DNA of 42,898 nucleotides from Candidatus Thermofontivivens primus (GTDB lineage Bacteria > Sysuimicrobiota > Sysuimicrobiia > Sysuimicrobiales > Thermofontiviventaceae): contig JAVKJW010000020.1 of NCBI GenBank assembly GCA_031458695.1, positions 1 through 42,898 on the forward strand, in the 5' to 3' direction. The position numbers and the translations under genes were made by a program. The notes beneath the pieces were generated by a model. It had not been told where the DNA came from, did no database searches, and worked only from the letters and a program-made list of their open reading frames with translations. Shown in pieces: positions 29,190 to 38,944 of the stretch (its first letter is position 1; the number at the start of each line of letters is the position of its first letter).

Positions 29190-31817
29190 ATGTTCCATGA
29201 CAAGCTAGATAGAGGGAAGATACAGCTGAGGAGGGGATCTTCGCTTCCTTTCTGGTCCCTCCTCGTCCTCCTCCCAAGTCTCCTTTTTGGGATCCTCACT
29301 GCGCACCCGAAGCTGGACTTCGAATGGGAGGTTCCGTGGATCCACTTGATCCTAGTCGCCGAGATCGGCTTGGGGAGCATCCTTCTTTCCCTTTTGGTGA
29401 CACGTGTCGCTCTGAAAACAGGAAATACCCGCGTAGTCAGCATGGCCCTCGCGTTTTATAGCATGGGGATCTTCCTCATCGCCCACGCCGTCCTCACGCC
29501 GGAGGCGATCCTTCCCTCCTTTACCACAGGGGTGGAGATTACCCTCGTGCTCGGATTCCTGTTGACGAGCCTATTCCTTGCAGCTGGAAGCTGGAAGGCC
29601 ATCTGGCAGCGTGTGCGGCCCTTCCTCCAGAGACCCCTAGGGATGTTCCTTCTCCTCTCGTTCCTCGCCCTGGGGATCACAGTGGTCACCGTGTATATCC
29701 CAAACCTGCTTACGGAGCCAGGCGAGATCTCCTTCGAATCCGGATATGGAGTTGTCTCAGACTGGTTCACGGTGAGCACCAGCCTCCTCACCATTGCCCT
29801 CCTGGGAATTGCCATTGCCTCCCATTACCGGGACTTCCGGCTGACAGGACTCGCCTTCCACCACGCTATGATCACCGGGCTCCTCTTGCTCCAGGTCGCT
29901 GCCATCACCTTCCCCCTCTCCACCATCTGGCACGTGCGCTGGTGGGAGTACCATGTGCTCCTCCTGGGAGGTCTCGGCGTGATCCTCCTTGCCGCTCTCC
30001 GGGAGGCAGCCCGTCGGAATGACCTCCTGGAAGTTTTCGCCACCCTCCTTGTGGGGGATACGGTGAGCAAGCTCGAGAACAGCTATAGCGAAGCATTGCA
30101 GGTTCTTATGGAACTCGTGGAGGCGAAGGACATCTACGTACGCGGCCATGCTGCCCGCGTAGCGCGCCTCTCTGTAGCCATCGGAGAGGCCCTTGGGCTT
30201 CCTCCCGAGGATCTCCGCCGCCTCCACCAGGCCGCCCTCCTCCACGATGTCGGGAAGATCGCTGTACCCGAGGCGATCTTGAATAAACCCCAGAACCTCA
30301 CCAGAGAGGAGTTCACGATTGTTGCCTCCCATACCCTCGTCGGGGAACAGCTCGTGAGCAGGTTCCCCTCCCTTTCCTTTGCCCGCCCAGGGATCCGCTG
30401 GCACCACGAACGCCTGGATGGCTCAGGATATCCAGATGGCCTGAGGGGAGAAGCAATCCCCCTCGATGCCAGGATCATCGCAGTGGCGGATGTCTTCGAC
30501 GCGATGACCTCAGCAAGGTCGTACCGGGAGGCGTTGCCCGTGGAGGCTGCCATTGCAGAACTCTCCCGGGGTGCCGGGGTCAAGTATGATCCGGAGGTCG
30601 TGAAGGCTCTCATTTCCCATGTGCAGAAGGCCCCTCAAACAGGAGGATTTGCCTCCCAACTCCCCCGTGGTCAACCCCAGGACGGTCCCCCTCCCTTGGT
30701 CCGAGGGAGAACGGAGGAGAGAGCAGGAATCCTTTTCCCCACCACCTCTCTCGGGGCCGAAGAGAGGCGGCAGATCAAGAAACGAGGGATCCTGCTGGCG
30801 GGAGGGGGCCTCCTCTTGATGCTCCTTGCCGTCCTCGAGTTGAAATTCATGGGCATTACCGCAATTTCCTACCCCGAGTGGTTTTCCGCTGTTGGGATTA
30901 CTCTCTTGGTCCAGGCGCTTCTCTGGTGGATCCCCCATGCCCGGTGGGATCTACGCATGACCTGGGACCCCCACTACCTCTACCTCCCCATGGGTACCGC
31001 AGCAGTTCTCCTGAGCCTCTATACGGCCCTCGCTCCTGAGGTCCGGATCATCTTCCTCATGGGATGGTTTCCGGCGTTGTTGTTCATGGTAGGTCTCGTG
31101 GGGTTTCGTGAGGTTTTCCTTTTGAGCGGGTTCATGACCGGCTGTTATCTCCTCGCCATTCTCTCTGCCACTCTCCGAGGGAGGCCACTCCCCCTCGCTT
31201 TCGAGATCCTCGTAGCCGCCGCGTTCCTGCTGATCTGCGCCTATGCTGGGATCGTCTTCAGGCGGCTCCGCCAGAACCGTGAGGAGATGAAGGCTATGCG
31301 GCGGATCCTCGCGGAATGGGCGGTCACCGATCCTCTTACGGGCCTTTTCAACCGCCGCCACTTCGAGGAAATCCTCCAAGCGGAGCTCTCCAGGATTCAG
31401 CGATACGGAGGGCAGTGCTCCCTAGGTATCATCGACCTGGACTTCTTCAAGCAATACAACGATACATTCGGGCATATTGCGGGCGATGCAGTGCTCAAGG
31501 ACCTCGCGGATTGCATGCGCCAGAACATCCGCACCAGCGATGTTTTGGCTCGTCTCGGCGGTGAAGAGTTCGGGTTGATCATGGTCAACACCTCCAAGGA
31601 AGACGCCTACCAGGCCATGGAACGACTGCGCAAGGCTATCGAGGAATACCGGGTGCCCGGTTCCACAGCTCAGTCCTCCATCCGTCTCACCATCAGCGTG
31701 GGGATCGCCAGTTGCCCTGAGGACGCACAGGATGCCGAGGGCCTCCTGAGGAAAGCCGATGCTGCCCTGTACGCCGCCAAGCGCCAGGGACGCAACCGGG
31801 TGGAGGTCGCGAAGTAA
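29190..31817 (+). CDS. Membrane protein with HD-GYP and GGDEF domains (c-di-GMP turnover)
   Basis: EAKD..RGH, LLHDVGK, HHERLDGSGYP, IIAVADVFDAM; later DPLTGLFNRR, DLDFFKQYND.FGH, RTSD..RLGGEEF; two hydrophobic multi-TM blocks. Confidence 0.92.
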   Translation: MFHDKLDRGKIQLRRGSSLPFWSLLVLLPSLLFGILTAHPKLDFEWEVPWIHLILVAEIGLGSILLSLLVTRVALKTGNTRVVSMALAFYSMGIFLIAHAVLTPEAILPSFTTGVEITLVLGFLLTSLFLAAGSWKAIWQRVRPFLQRPLGMFLLLSFLALGITVVTVYIPNLLTEPGEISFESGYGVVSDWFTVSTSLLTIALLGIAIASHYRDFRLTGLAFHHAMITGLLLLQVAAITFPLSTIWHVRWWEYHVLLLGGLGVILLAALREAARRNDLLEVFATLLVGDTVSKLENSYSEALQVLMELVEAKDIYVRGHAARVARLSVAIGEALGLPPEDLRRLHQAALLHDVGKIAVPEAILNKPQNLTREEFTIVASHTLVGEQLVSRFPSLSFARPGIRWHHERLDGSGYPDGLRGEAIPLDARIIAVADVFDAMTSARSYREALPVEAAIAELSRGAGVKYDPEVVKALISHVQKAPQTGGFASQLPRGQPQDGPPPLVRGRTEERAGILFPTTSLGAEERRQIKKRGILLAGGGLLLMLLAVLELKFMGITAISYPEWFSAVGITLLVQALLWWIPHARWDLRMTWDPHYLYLPMGTAAVLLSLYTALAPEVRIIFLMGWFPALLFMVGLVGFREVFLLSGFMTGCYLLAILSATLRGRPLPLAFEILVAAAFLLICAYAGIVFRRLRQNREEMKAMRRILAEWAVTDPLTGLFNRRHFEEILQAELSRIQRYGGQCSLGIIDLDFFKQYNDTFGHIAGDAVLKDLADCMRQNIRTSDVLARLGGEEFGLIMVNTSKEDAYQAMERLRKAIEEYRVPGSTAQSSIRLTISVGIASCPEDAQDAEGLLRKADAALYAAKRQGRNRVEVAK

Positions 31818-31937
31818 TCTCTGTCGTAATTTTGCTGGGGTCTTTACTTCAGTCCTCTTTGCACCTCAGCAGCATTCCGAAGACCTAACCAGAGGGAGAA
31901 TCTTCGGCGGCTTCCTCGCCTGAATTGGGTAAGACGC

Positions 31938-32606
31938 CTAGCGAGTCTCCTGAACTTCCTGGAAGAACCGGAGGAGGCCCTCTAGGGTATTCGAGAGGTG
32001 CTCCTCGAGGGCCTTCACAGCAGATTCCGTGTCCCTGCGACGGTAGGCTTCGACGATCTTCCGGTGCTCCCGTCGTGCCAAGGGGATACGCTTGAGAGGT
32101 CCCACGTAGATGCGTAGGTATCGTTCCGTGTTCCGTCGCAAGGTGTCGATCAGGTTGCACAAGCGTTTCAATCCAGAGGGGACGTACAACGCGTTGTGGA
32201 ACTCCCGGTTGAGGTCCAGCCACACCAAGGGATCTTCAACCTTCTCCATCTCCGCGAGCAACCGCTCGAGCTCCTGGATGGTCTGTCTGGTGACATTTGG
32301 GATCGCCCGCCGCACCGCCAGGGACTCGAGGGTGATACGGATCTCGTAAAGCTCCCGCAGTTCCTCAGGCGAGAGTGTGGACACCACAGCGCCACGGTGC
32401 GGAATGATCTGGATCAAGCCCTCGGCTTCTAGCTGGCGCAACGCCTCTCGGACAGGGATGCGGCTCACTCCGAACTTCGCCGCGATCTCATCCTGGTTCA
32501 GGCGCGTCCCGCCCGGGAGCTCGCCCAGGTAGATAGCCTTGCGAAGGGCCTCTGCAACGGCTTCGTGGACCGTCCTCCGCTCAATCGTCCTCAGCAATGT
32601 CTCCAA
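31938..32606 (-). CDS. GntR family regulator with FCD domain
   Basis: IAAKFGVSRIPVREAL, NREFHNAL, EHRKI; TTG start after SD GGGAGG. Confidence 0.92.
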   Translation of the reverse strand: METLLRTIERRTVHEAVAEALRKAIYLGELPGGTRLNQDEIAAKFGVSRIPVREALRQLEAEGLIQIIPHRGAVVSTLSPEELRELYEIRITLESLAVRRAIPNVTRQTIQELERLLAEMEKVEDPLVWLDLNREFHNALYVPSGLKRLCNLIDTLRRNTERYLRIYVGPLKRIPLARREHRKIVEAYRRRDTESAVKALEEHLSNTLEGLLRFFQEVQETR

Positions 32607-32633
32607 GGAAAGCCTCCCAATGTGATCTTTTAT

Positions 32634-32677
32634 CTGGTATCCAGTTCAACTATACTGGCAGGAACAGATCACGTCAA
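32634..32677 (-). promoter_or_regulatory. Promoter and probable autoregulatory operator of the GntR gene
   Basis: TTGACG (32677-32672), 17 bp, TATAGT (32654-32649); inverted repeat CTGG-TAT-CCAG at 32634-32644 around the expected start site. Confidence 0.7.
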
Positions 32678-32735
32678 CGTTTGAAAGCATGGGGAACCTA
32701 AAGAGGTCACCGTGCTACGTTCCCTGTTAGGCGGA

Positions 32736-33704
32736 TCACCGCAGGACCTCTGGGTTCGCGAGATAGGAGGGGCGCTCTCCGGAAAGAACGCGCAGGACGT
32801 CCTCGACCACAGTCATGGCCATCCTCCGCTGGGCCTCCTCGGTCATCGCCCCGATGTGGGGGGTGAGGACCACGTTGGGCGCATGGAGGAGAGGATGTTC
32901 TCTCGGGATGGGCTCCCTGGAAAATACATCGATCCCTGCGCCACCGAGCCTCCCCTCCCGGAGGGCTTCGGCGAGGGCTTCCTCGTCTACAATCTCTCCT
33001 CTTGCGGTATTGACAAGGATGGCTCCTGGCTTCATCACGGCCAGTTCCGACCGGCCCAGCAATCCCTTGGTTTCGGAGGTGAGCGGTGCATGGATCGTTA
33101 CAACATCCGCCCGCTCGAGGAGCCCTCGGAGGGAAACTGGCTGTACTCCCTCTGGCCAGCGCGATACATAGGGATCGTATGCCACAATCCTCATCCCCAT
33201 CGCTTGGGCAATCCTCGCCACCGCCCGCCCGATGCTCCCGAATCCGATGATTCCCAGGACCTTGCCTGCAAGCTCCATCCCCATGAACTGTTCCCGGTGC
33301 CATATCCCCATGCACACGGCCTGATGGGCGCCCACGATCCTCCTGGCCACTGCCACGATGAGGCCAATGGTCAGCTCGGCGACGGAATCGGTTGGAGCGC
33401 TAGGGGTATAGGTAACAGGGATCCCCGCCTCCGTAGCCGCTTGGAGATCCACGTTGTCTACACCCGCCCCGTGTCGGCCGATGACGCGGAGACGGGGACA
33501 CGTGGAGATCAGCTCCCTGGTCACCTGGAAGGAGGGCCGTCGCACAATGAGGGCGTCTGCCTCGGCGAGCACGACAGGATGGTCCTTCGGGGCGAGATCG
33601 TCCAAGACCTTGACGATCCCTATCCTAGAGAGCCATGCCATCGCCTCCGGATGGATCGCATCGCTCAGGACGAACAGGGGAGGGCGGGAGGATTCTTCAG
33701 CCAT
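32736..33704 (-). CDS. D-isomer-specific 2-hydroxyacid dehydrogenase (SerA/SlcC-like, no ACT domain)
   Basis: GRHGAGVDNVD, GFGSIG, YDPY, NTARG, DVFSREP, TPHIGA. Confidence 0.9.
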   Translation of the reverse strand: MAEESSRPPLFVLSDAIHPEAMAWLSRIGIVKVLDDLAPKDHPVVLAEADALIVRRPSFQVTRELISTCPRLRVIGRHGAGVDNVDLQAATEAGIPVTYTPSAPTDSVAELTIGLIVAVARRIVGAHQAVCMGIWHREQFMGMELAGKVLGIIGFGSIGRAVARIAQAMGMRIVAYDPYVSRWPEGVQPVSLRGLLERADVVTIHAPLTSETKGLLGRSELAVMKPGAILVNTARGEIVDEEALAEALREGRLGGAGIDVFSREPIPREHPLLHAPNVVLTPHIGAMTEEAQRRMAMTVVEDVLRVLSGERPSYLANPEVLR

Positions 33705-34857
33705 GGTATTCTAAAACGTACAACCCCCCAGTGTGACGGTCTGTGATATAGACGAGCCCATCCTGGTCCACGTAGACGTCGTTTACCTGGGGTGCTCCTT
33801 TGGGTGTACCTGGCGGCGTTTCCGGAATGAACCAGCCGATCTCCTCGGGACGGTAAGGATTCCGTAGGTCGAAGGCACGAAGCCCCGCGTTATAATAGGT
33901 CACAAAGATCCGATCTGAACACTGCGCGGATCCGGGGTAGTTCTCGTGGAGGTTGTGGGGGCCGAAGCGCCCTCCCGCTTTGCAGAATTCCCCTTCTGGA
34001 ACAGGGCAGGTTGCAATGGGGATAGGGTTCCCTTCCTCCCGGATATCCACAATCCAAACGTGCTTCTGGTCCTCCTTGCAGAGGTCTGCCATCGCCTCCT
34101 CGGTCACCACGGCGATCCCTCGATCCTTCAACGGGAGAACAGTGTGCGTCGCTCCGCCATACGGCGGACTCCAGTGAAAATGGGCGACAACGCGGATGGA
34201 CCCTGGATCGGAGATATCCAGGATAGCCATCCCTGCGTCCCAGCAGGCGACATAAGCTCTCGAACCGTCGGGGATCACGTGGTGTACCCTAAACCGCCGA
34301 CCGTCCCCTGCCTGTCCTCGCTTCCACTCTTCTGGGATCGCCCACCTCCCCAAAAGGCTCGGGCGTTCGGGATCATGCAAGTCCAAGATAAGGTAGATCT
34401 GGTCGTCGTAGCCTGGGAACCCGCTGGCTGCGTGGAGAATCTCTCCCGTGAACCACATGCGGTGCACACCAACCCCTCCCGTAGAGAAGAACCGGATCGG
34501 TTGCGGGTTTCCTGGATCACGGAGGTCGTAGATCCAAATACCTGCCACAAACTCCCCCTCCACCCTCGGCCTCTTCTCGCAGTTCATGATCAGAAGATTT
34601 CCGCGTACTTGTACCTTATGGCAATGCGTGGCAGGCGTCGGAGTGGGGATCTGATGAACCACCTCGGGTGCAGCAGGGTTGGTGACGTCTACAACACTGA
34701 GTGCCGTCTCGAACTCCCCCATGTGAGCCACGTAGGCAAACCGGCGACCTCCGTGTTCAGGGAGACGCTTCACCTGAACCTGGGAACCGTCTCCTTTCCC
34801 GTTGAGGTCGGTCCACCCGATGCACCGGAAGCCTTTCCCCCGACCGAGCTCTCCCAT
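33697..34857 (-). CDS. LVIVD-repeat beta-propeller protein, His-rich
   Basis: Repeated LSVVDVTNP / IWIYDLRDP / LILDLHDP / AILDISDP / LRAFDLRNP blades. Confidence 0.8.
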   Translation of the reverse strand: MGELGRGKGFRCIGWTDLNGKGDGSQVQVKRLPEHGGRRFAYVAHMGEFETALSVVDVTNPAAPEVVHQIPTPTPATHCHKVQVRGNLLIMNCEKRPRVEGEFVAGIWIYDLRDPGNPQPIRFFSTGGVGVHRMWFTGEILHAASGFPGYDDQIYLILDLHDPERPSLLGRWAIPEEWKRGQAGDGRRFRVHHVIPDGSRAYVACWDAGMAILDISDPGSIRVVAHFHWSPPYGGATHTVLPLKDRGIAVVTEEAMADLCKEDQKHVWIVDIREEGNPIPIATCPVPEGEFCKAGGRFGPHNLHENYPGSAQCSDRIFVTYYNAGLRAFDLRNPYRPEEIGWFIPETPPGTPKGAPQVNDVYVDQDGLVYITDRHTGGLYVLEYHG

Positions 34858-34868
34858 GCCCTCCTCCC

Positions 34869-35921
34869 CTACTGCACTCCGAACTCCCTGAAGAGTGGTT
34901 GTACGGGCTGGACCTGCCCTGTTTGCGCAGACCGAAGGGCCGCTTCTGCCACTGCGACGACTGCGATCCCTTCCTCAAGCCCTACCTCAGGCTTCCCGCC
35001 CATTCGGACCACCTGCGCGAAATCCTCAAGCTCCTCCACGAACATATCCCCTTGCTCGAGGGGGACCTCCTCGGGGTTCGCTTTTCCTGGGTCCTCTACA
35101 ACTAGCTGGCTATGGCGATCGGCAAGGTTTGCCCTTGCCCACCAGCGGAAGTCCAACGAGTATGTCGCGACGGCTTTTGTGCCATACACCCGGACCCAGA
35201 ATACGCCTGGGGTAACCCACGCTGACCCAATATAGGCAAGGGGGCCGCGGGAGAACTCACAGATGACTGCAGCCACATCTTCCACTTCCGCCGGTGTGTA
35301 CAACCGTTTCACAAATGCCTGGACGCGGTCGATGGGACCTCCGAGGTAGTGGAGGGTATCCACGTGATGGACGCCTAATTGGATGAGGGGCCCTCCGGGG
35401 TTCTCATCTCTATAGAACCGCCACTGCCCGGGTTTAAGGTCCCAGGCGCGGTCGTTCGAGAAGTTCGTCTCCACCAGGACGAGATCGCCAAGATCTCCAG
35501 AATCGAGCATCGCCTTGATGCGCCGGATTCCCTTGAGGCGCCTTGCGCTATGCCCCACGGCGAGAGGGATCTTTGCCTTCTCGCAAGCCCTTTTGATCCG
35601 CACCGCATCCGCAAGGGTATTGGCGATTGGTTTCTCCACGAATACTGGCTTCCCATGCGCGGCTGCTGCCTCGATGACCTCCGCATGGGCGTTGTTCGGG
35701 GTTACAACAACGACTGCTTCGATGCCAGGATCCTCCAGCAAGGCCTCGAGGGAAGGAAATGCCCGGCACCCGTATTTCTGAGCAAATTCCTCCCTACGTT
35801 CTGACGAGCGCGCATAGCACCCTCCTACGGTGAGCTGGTTGCTCCGTTGGACAGCCTCGGCGAGGACGTTGGCCCATCGCCCTACACCGACAAATCCTAC
35901 CGTGACAGGTTTCCCACCCAT
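34869..35921 (-). CDS. Gfo/Idh/MocA family oxidoreductase
   Basis: VGFVGVG Rossmann start, VVTPNNAH, GKPVFVEKP, GGPLIQLGVHHVD. Confidence 0.9.
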   Translation of the reverse strand: MGGKPVTVGFVGVGRWANVLAEAVQRSNQLTVGGCYARSSERREEFAQKYGCRAFPSLEALLEDPGIEAVVVVTPNNAHAEVIEAAAAHGKPVFVEKPIANTLADAVRIKRACEKAKIPLAVGHSARRLKGIRRIKAMLDSGDLGDLVLVETNFSNDRAWDLKPGQWRFYRDENPGGPLIQLGVHHVDTLHYLGGPIDRVQAFVKRLYTPAEVEDVAAVICEFSRGPLAYIGSAWVTPGVFWVRVYGTKAVATYSLDFRWWARANLADRHSQLVVEDPGKANPEEVPLEQGDMFVEELEDFAQVVRMGGKPEVGLEEGIAVVAVAEAALRSAQTGQVQPVQPLFREFGVQ

Positions 35922-35995
35922 TCACTTCCCTCCCTCGCTGCGTAATCCTTGTCTGGCCCCTCCATATCCTGAGTCCTCACACTTCCTTGCGGGAC

Positions 35996-36370
35996 TCAAG
36001 TGCCCACCCTCCCTGCATCGGGATCGGGCTGGGAGAACACGCAAATGAGCCGCATTGGCGTCTCACGCCGGTTCCGCACCATGTGCCGGATCCCAGGAGG
36101 AATCAGAACGGCGTCCCCTTCTTCAAGTGGGGTGACACCATCGTCGGCGTGGAGTTCCCCAAAACCACTCTGGACATAAATGATCTCCTCTGCGTGCAGG
36201 TGGACGTGGGGCTCCCTTTGTTCTTCCTCTCTCTTCCCAGCGATCTCCACGACACGCAGGGAGATGTACCGGGAGCCTACTGTCTTGCTGGAGATTAACT
36301 CCGCGATTCTCCGGCTGGGTGCCCTCTGGAACTCCACCTCGCGCAGGTTGATTTTTTTCACGCTAGCCAT
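35996..36370 (-). CDS. Cupin domain protein
   Basis: PHVHLHAEEIIYVQSG...GDAVLIPPGIRHMVRN metal motifs; ATG 36370 after SD GGGAGGAG. Confidence 0.87.
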   Translation of the reverse strand: MASVKKINLREVEFQRAPSRRIAELISSKTVGSRYISLRVVEIAGKREEEQREPHVHLHAEEIIYVQSGFGELHADDGVTPLEEGDAVLIPPGIRHMVRNRRETPMRLICVFSQPDPDAGRVGT

Positions 36371-37154
36371 GACTCTTCTCCTCCCAGGGGAAAGGATCCC
36401 CAAGTGCGGAAGCGATCTCAGCGAGCTGTTCGACGATAGTCGAGGCAACGCTGTGGATAAACTCCTGAGGATCCGGGGACCCTGGTACCTCCAGGGCTCC
36501 GTACCATCCTTGAGGTGCGATCTCCCGGACGTCGCGAGGGATGAAGTACACTGTCCGGCGGCGCCGCAGCTCGTCCATCCTCTGGCTATGCTCCTCCCCC
36601 TTCGCGCGTGCTGCGAGCTCCGTATGCACAAGCGAGGAGTCGTAGGCGCGTACAGGGAGAACCTCCAGGAGCCCCCCATGCGTCAAACCCACCTTCCGAC
36701 CGAAGAGGATCTGGGCGACGTAGGCGGCCTGGACGACGTAGACGCGTACAGGGAATGCCTTCTGCACAACATCCGCAGCCATATGGATCGCTCCAGTGTT
36801 CCCCTCGTGCCAGTTCACCACCACACACCGGCGCAGCCCATGCCGGACGAGACTCTCAATGGTCTCCTGGAGCACAAGCGCATAGGTTCCCGGTGAAAGG
36901 GTGATCGTCCCCGGGAAGGCCAGGTGAAACGGCGTGACGCCCAGGGGGCAGAAAGGGACCAGGAGGGCGTTGCAGCGGCGGGCTACCTCCTCCCCGATAA
37001 GGTAAGCGGCGATAAAGTCCGTTCCGCAAGGGAGGTGCGGTCCGTGCTGTTCCAAGCTCCCCGTAGGGAGAACAGCGGCTGCCGTCTTCCGCAGAAGCGC
37101 CCCCGCCTGGTTCGTACTGAGCCGGATGAGATCCACAGGGCTAGATTTCAACAT
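36363..37154 (-). CDS. Creatininase/MftE family amidohydrolase
   Basis: LPTGSLEQHGPHLPCGTD, FPGTITL, VNWHEGN, THGGLLE; ATG 37154 after SD. Confidence 0.88.
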   Translation of the reverse strand: MLKSSPVDLIRLSTNQAGALLRKTAAAVLPTGSLEQHGPHLPCGTDFIAAYLIGEEVARRCNALLVPFCPLGVTPFHLAFPGTITLSPGTYALVLQETIESLVRHGLRRCVVVNWHEGNTGAIHMAADVVQKAFPVRVYVVQAAYVAQILFGRKVGLTHGGLLEVLPVRAYDSSLVHTELAARAKGEEHSQRMDELRRRRTVYFIPRDVREIAPQGWYGALEVPGSPDPQEFIHSVASTIVEQLAEIASALGDPFPWEEKSHG

Positions 37155-37196
37155 GCACTCATTCCCTCTTTCTGCTTCCCTCACTCCTCACGGTAT

Positions 37197-37976
37197 TCAG
37201 AAGAACCCCGCCTGCTCTCCTCCAAGGGCGTCGGCAACTTTCCTTTGGTATGTGAAGAACCTCTCAGACCATGGATCCCTCGGGCGAGGAAGATCGACAA
37301 CAACTTCCTCGACCACCCGGCCGGGCCGCTCGGAGAAGACAACCACCCGATCCGCCAGGTAGATCGCCTCGCGGATGTTGTGCGTGACGAAGAGGACGGT
37401 CGTCCTAGTCCGCTCCCAGATGTCGTTGAGCATCTTTTGGAGCTGACCTCGCGTCTGGGCGTCGAGCTGCCCGAAGGGCTCGTCCATCAACAAGACAGCC
37501 GGCTCATAGGCCAGTGCCCTCGCCACAGCCACACGTTGTTTCATACCCCCAGAGAGGCGGAAGGGATAGGCGTACTCAAACCCTCGGAGCCCGACGAGGT
37601 CAATGTAGCGCCGTGCGATCTCCTGGCGTTCCTTCCGGGGGATGCCCTTCATCTCTAGTCCAAAGCAGATATTCTCCTCCACGGTCATCCAAGGGAACAG
37701 GGCGAACTCCTGGAACACCACCCCGCGATCTAGCCCCGGGCCAGTCACCGGCCTCCCGTCGATGAAGATCTCGCCGGTTGTCTTCGGGATCAAACCGGCA
37801 ACGATCATGAGGAACGTGCTCTTCCCGCACCCGGAGGGACCGATGATGGTGACGAACTCCCCGCTGGAGACCGTGAGGGTAACGTTCTCTAGGGCAGGGA
37901 TTTCCTTGGCATAGGGAGTGCCTTGGTCTACGAGGTATGTTTTAGAGAGGCCCACGACCTTGAGCTTCTCCGCCAT
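37197..37976 (-). CDS. NitT/TauT family ABC transporter ATP-binding protein
   Basis: GPSGCGKST, VFQEFALFPW, LSGGMKQR, LLMDEPF, FVTH. Confidence 0.95.
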   Translation of the reverse strand: MAEKLKVVGLSKTYLVDQGTPYAKEIPALENVTLTVSSGEFVTIIGPSGCGKSTFLMIVAGLIPKTTGEIFIDGRPVTGPGLDRGVVFQEFALFPWMTVEENICFGLEMKGIPRKERQEIARRYIDLVGLRGFEYAYPFRLSGGMKQRVAVARALAYEPAVLLMDEPFGQLDAQTRGQLQKMLNDIWERTRTTVLFVTHNIREAIYLADRVVVFSERPGRVVEEVVVDLPRPRDPWSERFFTYQRKVADALGGEQAGFF

Positions 37977-37988
37977 CCTGAACACCCC

Positions 37989-38804
37989 CTACGTCACTGT
38001 ACCCCAGCGCTCCACAGTCCTCGCCTCTACCCAGCGGAGGAGGGTCCTCTCCGTGATCACACCGATGATGGCAATCACAAGCACGCCAGCTAGGACCAGC
38101 GCGGCGTCGAAGAACTGGCGTCCCTGCTGGATGCGGAACCCGAGACCGAAGCCGAGCCCTCCCATGAGCTCTGTAGCCACGAGGATCCGCCACGCGCGCG
38201 TGAACGCCAAGCGATATCCTGTAACAATGAACGCAAGCGAGCCGGGGAGCATCACCCGGTAGAACAGCGTGCGGAAGGACGCACCCATGGATCGCGCGGC
38301 ATCGATGAGGATCCTCGGCACGCTTCGGACACCTGTCCACGTGTTCATCATTACCGTAAGTGCGGCCTCGAACGCCAAGGTGACGATAATTGCTTGGTTG
38401 GAGAGCCCGAACAGGAGGACAACAACAGGGTAGATGGCCACGCCGGGAATGGAGAGGAAGAAGTCTAAGATGGGGAGCATCCATACCTCGATCTTCTTGC
38501 TCGCCCCCATCAAGATCCCAAAGGCCGTTCCGAGCAAGATCCCGAGGGCGACGCCAACGATCAAACGATACAGAGACCAGGCCAGGTCGACGAACAACAG
38601 TCCCCTCTGGCCCAGCTCATAGAGCCGGAGCGCAACGGTGGAGAATGGAGGGAAGAGAGCTTGGTGGACGATGCCGGAACGCCCGGCAAGCTCCCATAGG
38701 GCAAAGACGAACAGGATCGGACGGGTGCTATGCCATATCTCCCTTCCAATCACCCTCCCTCGCGAGGGTGCAGGTAGCGCCTGCGTGCCCGACTTCGTGA
38801 CCAT
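37989..38804 (-). CDS. NitT/TauT family ABC transporter permease
   Basis: LFPPFS, DLAWSLYRL, EAA-like loop (LIDAARSMGA), AWRILVATEL..GLG; ATG 38804 after SD GGAGGGGG. Confidence 0.92.
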   Translation of the reverse strand: MVTKSGTQALPAPSRGRVIGREIWHSTRPILFVFALWELAGRSGIVHQALFPPFSTVALRLYELGQRGLLFVDLAWSLYRLIVGVALGILLGTAFGILMGASKKIEVWMLPILDFFLSIPGVAIYPVVVLLFGLSNQAIIVTLAFEAALTVMMNTWTGVRSVPRILIDAARSMGASFRTLFYRVMLPGSLAFIVTGYRLAFTRAWRILVATELMGGLGFGLGFRIQQGRQFFDAALVLAGVLVIAIIGVITERTLLRWVEARTVERWGTVT

Positions 38805-38944
38805 GGTTCCCCCCTCCATCTCGGGAACATCCCCACATCTCCTCCCACACGCACCATGCAAAGCAAGCGGTTCCCGCAAACACAGGCATCTACGTACCCA
38901 CCTAGAAACCAAGATCCGCAATGGGATCTGGTCAAAAGAGTTCG

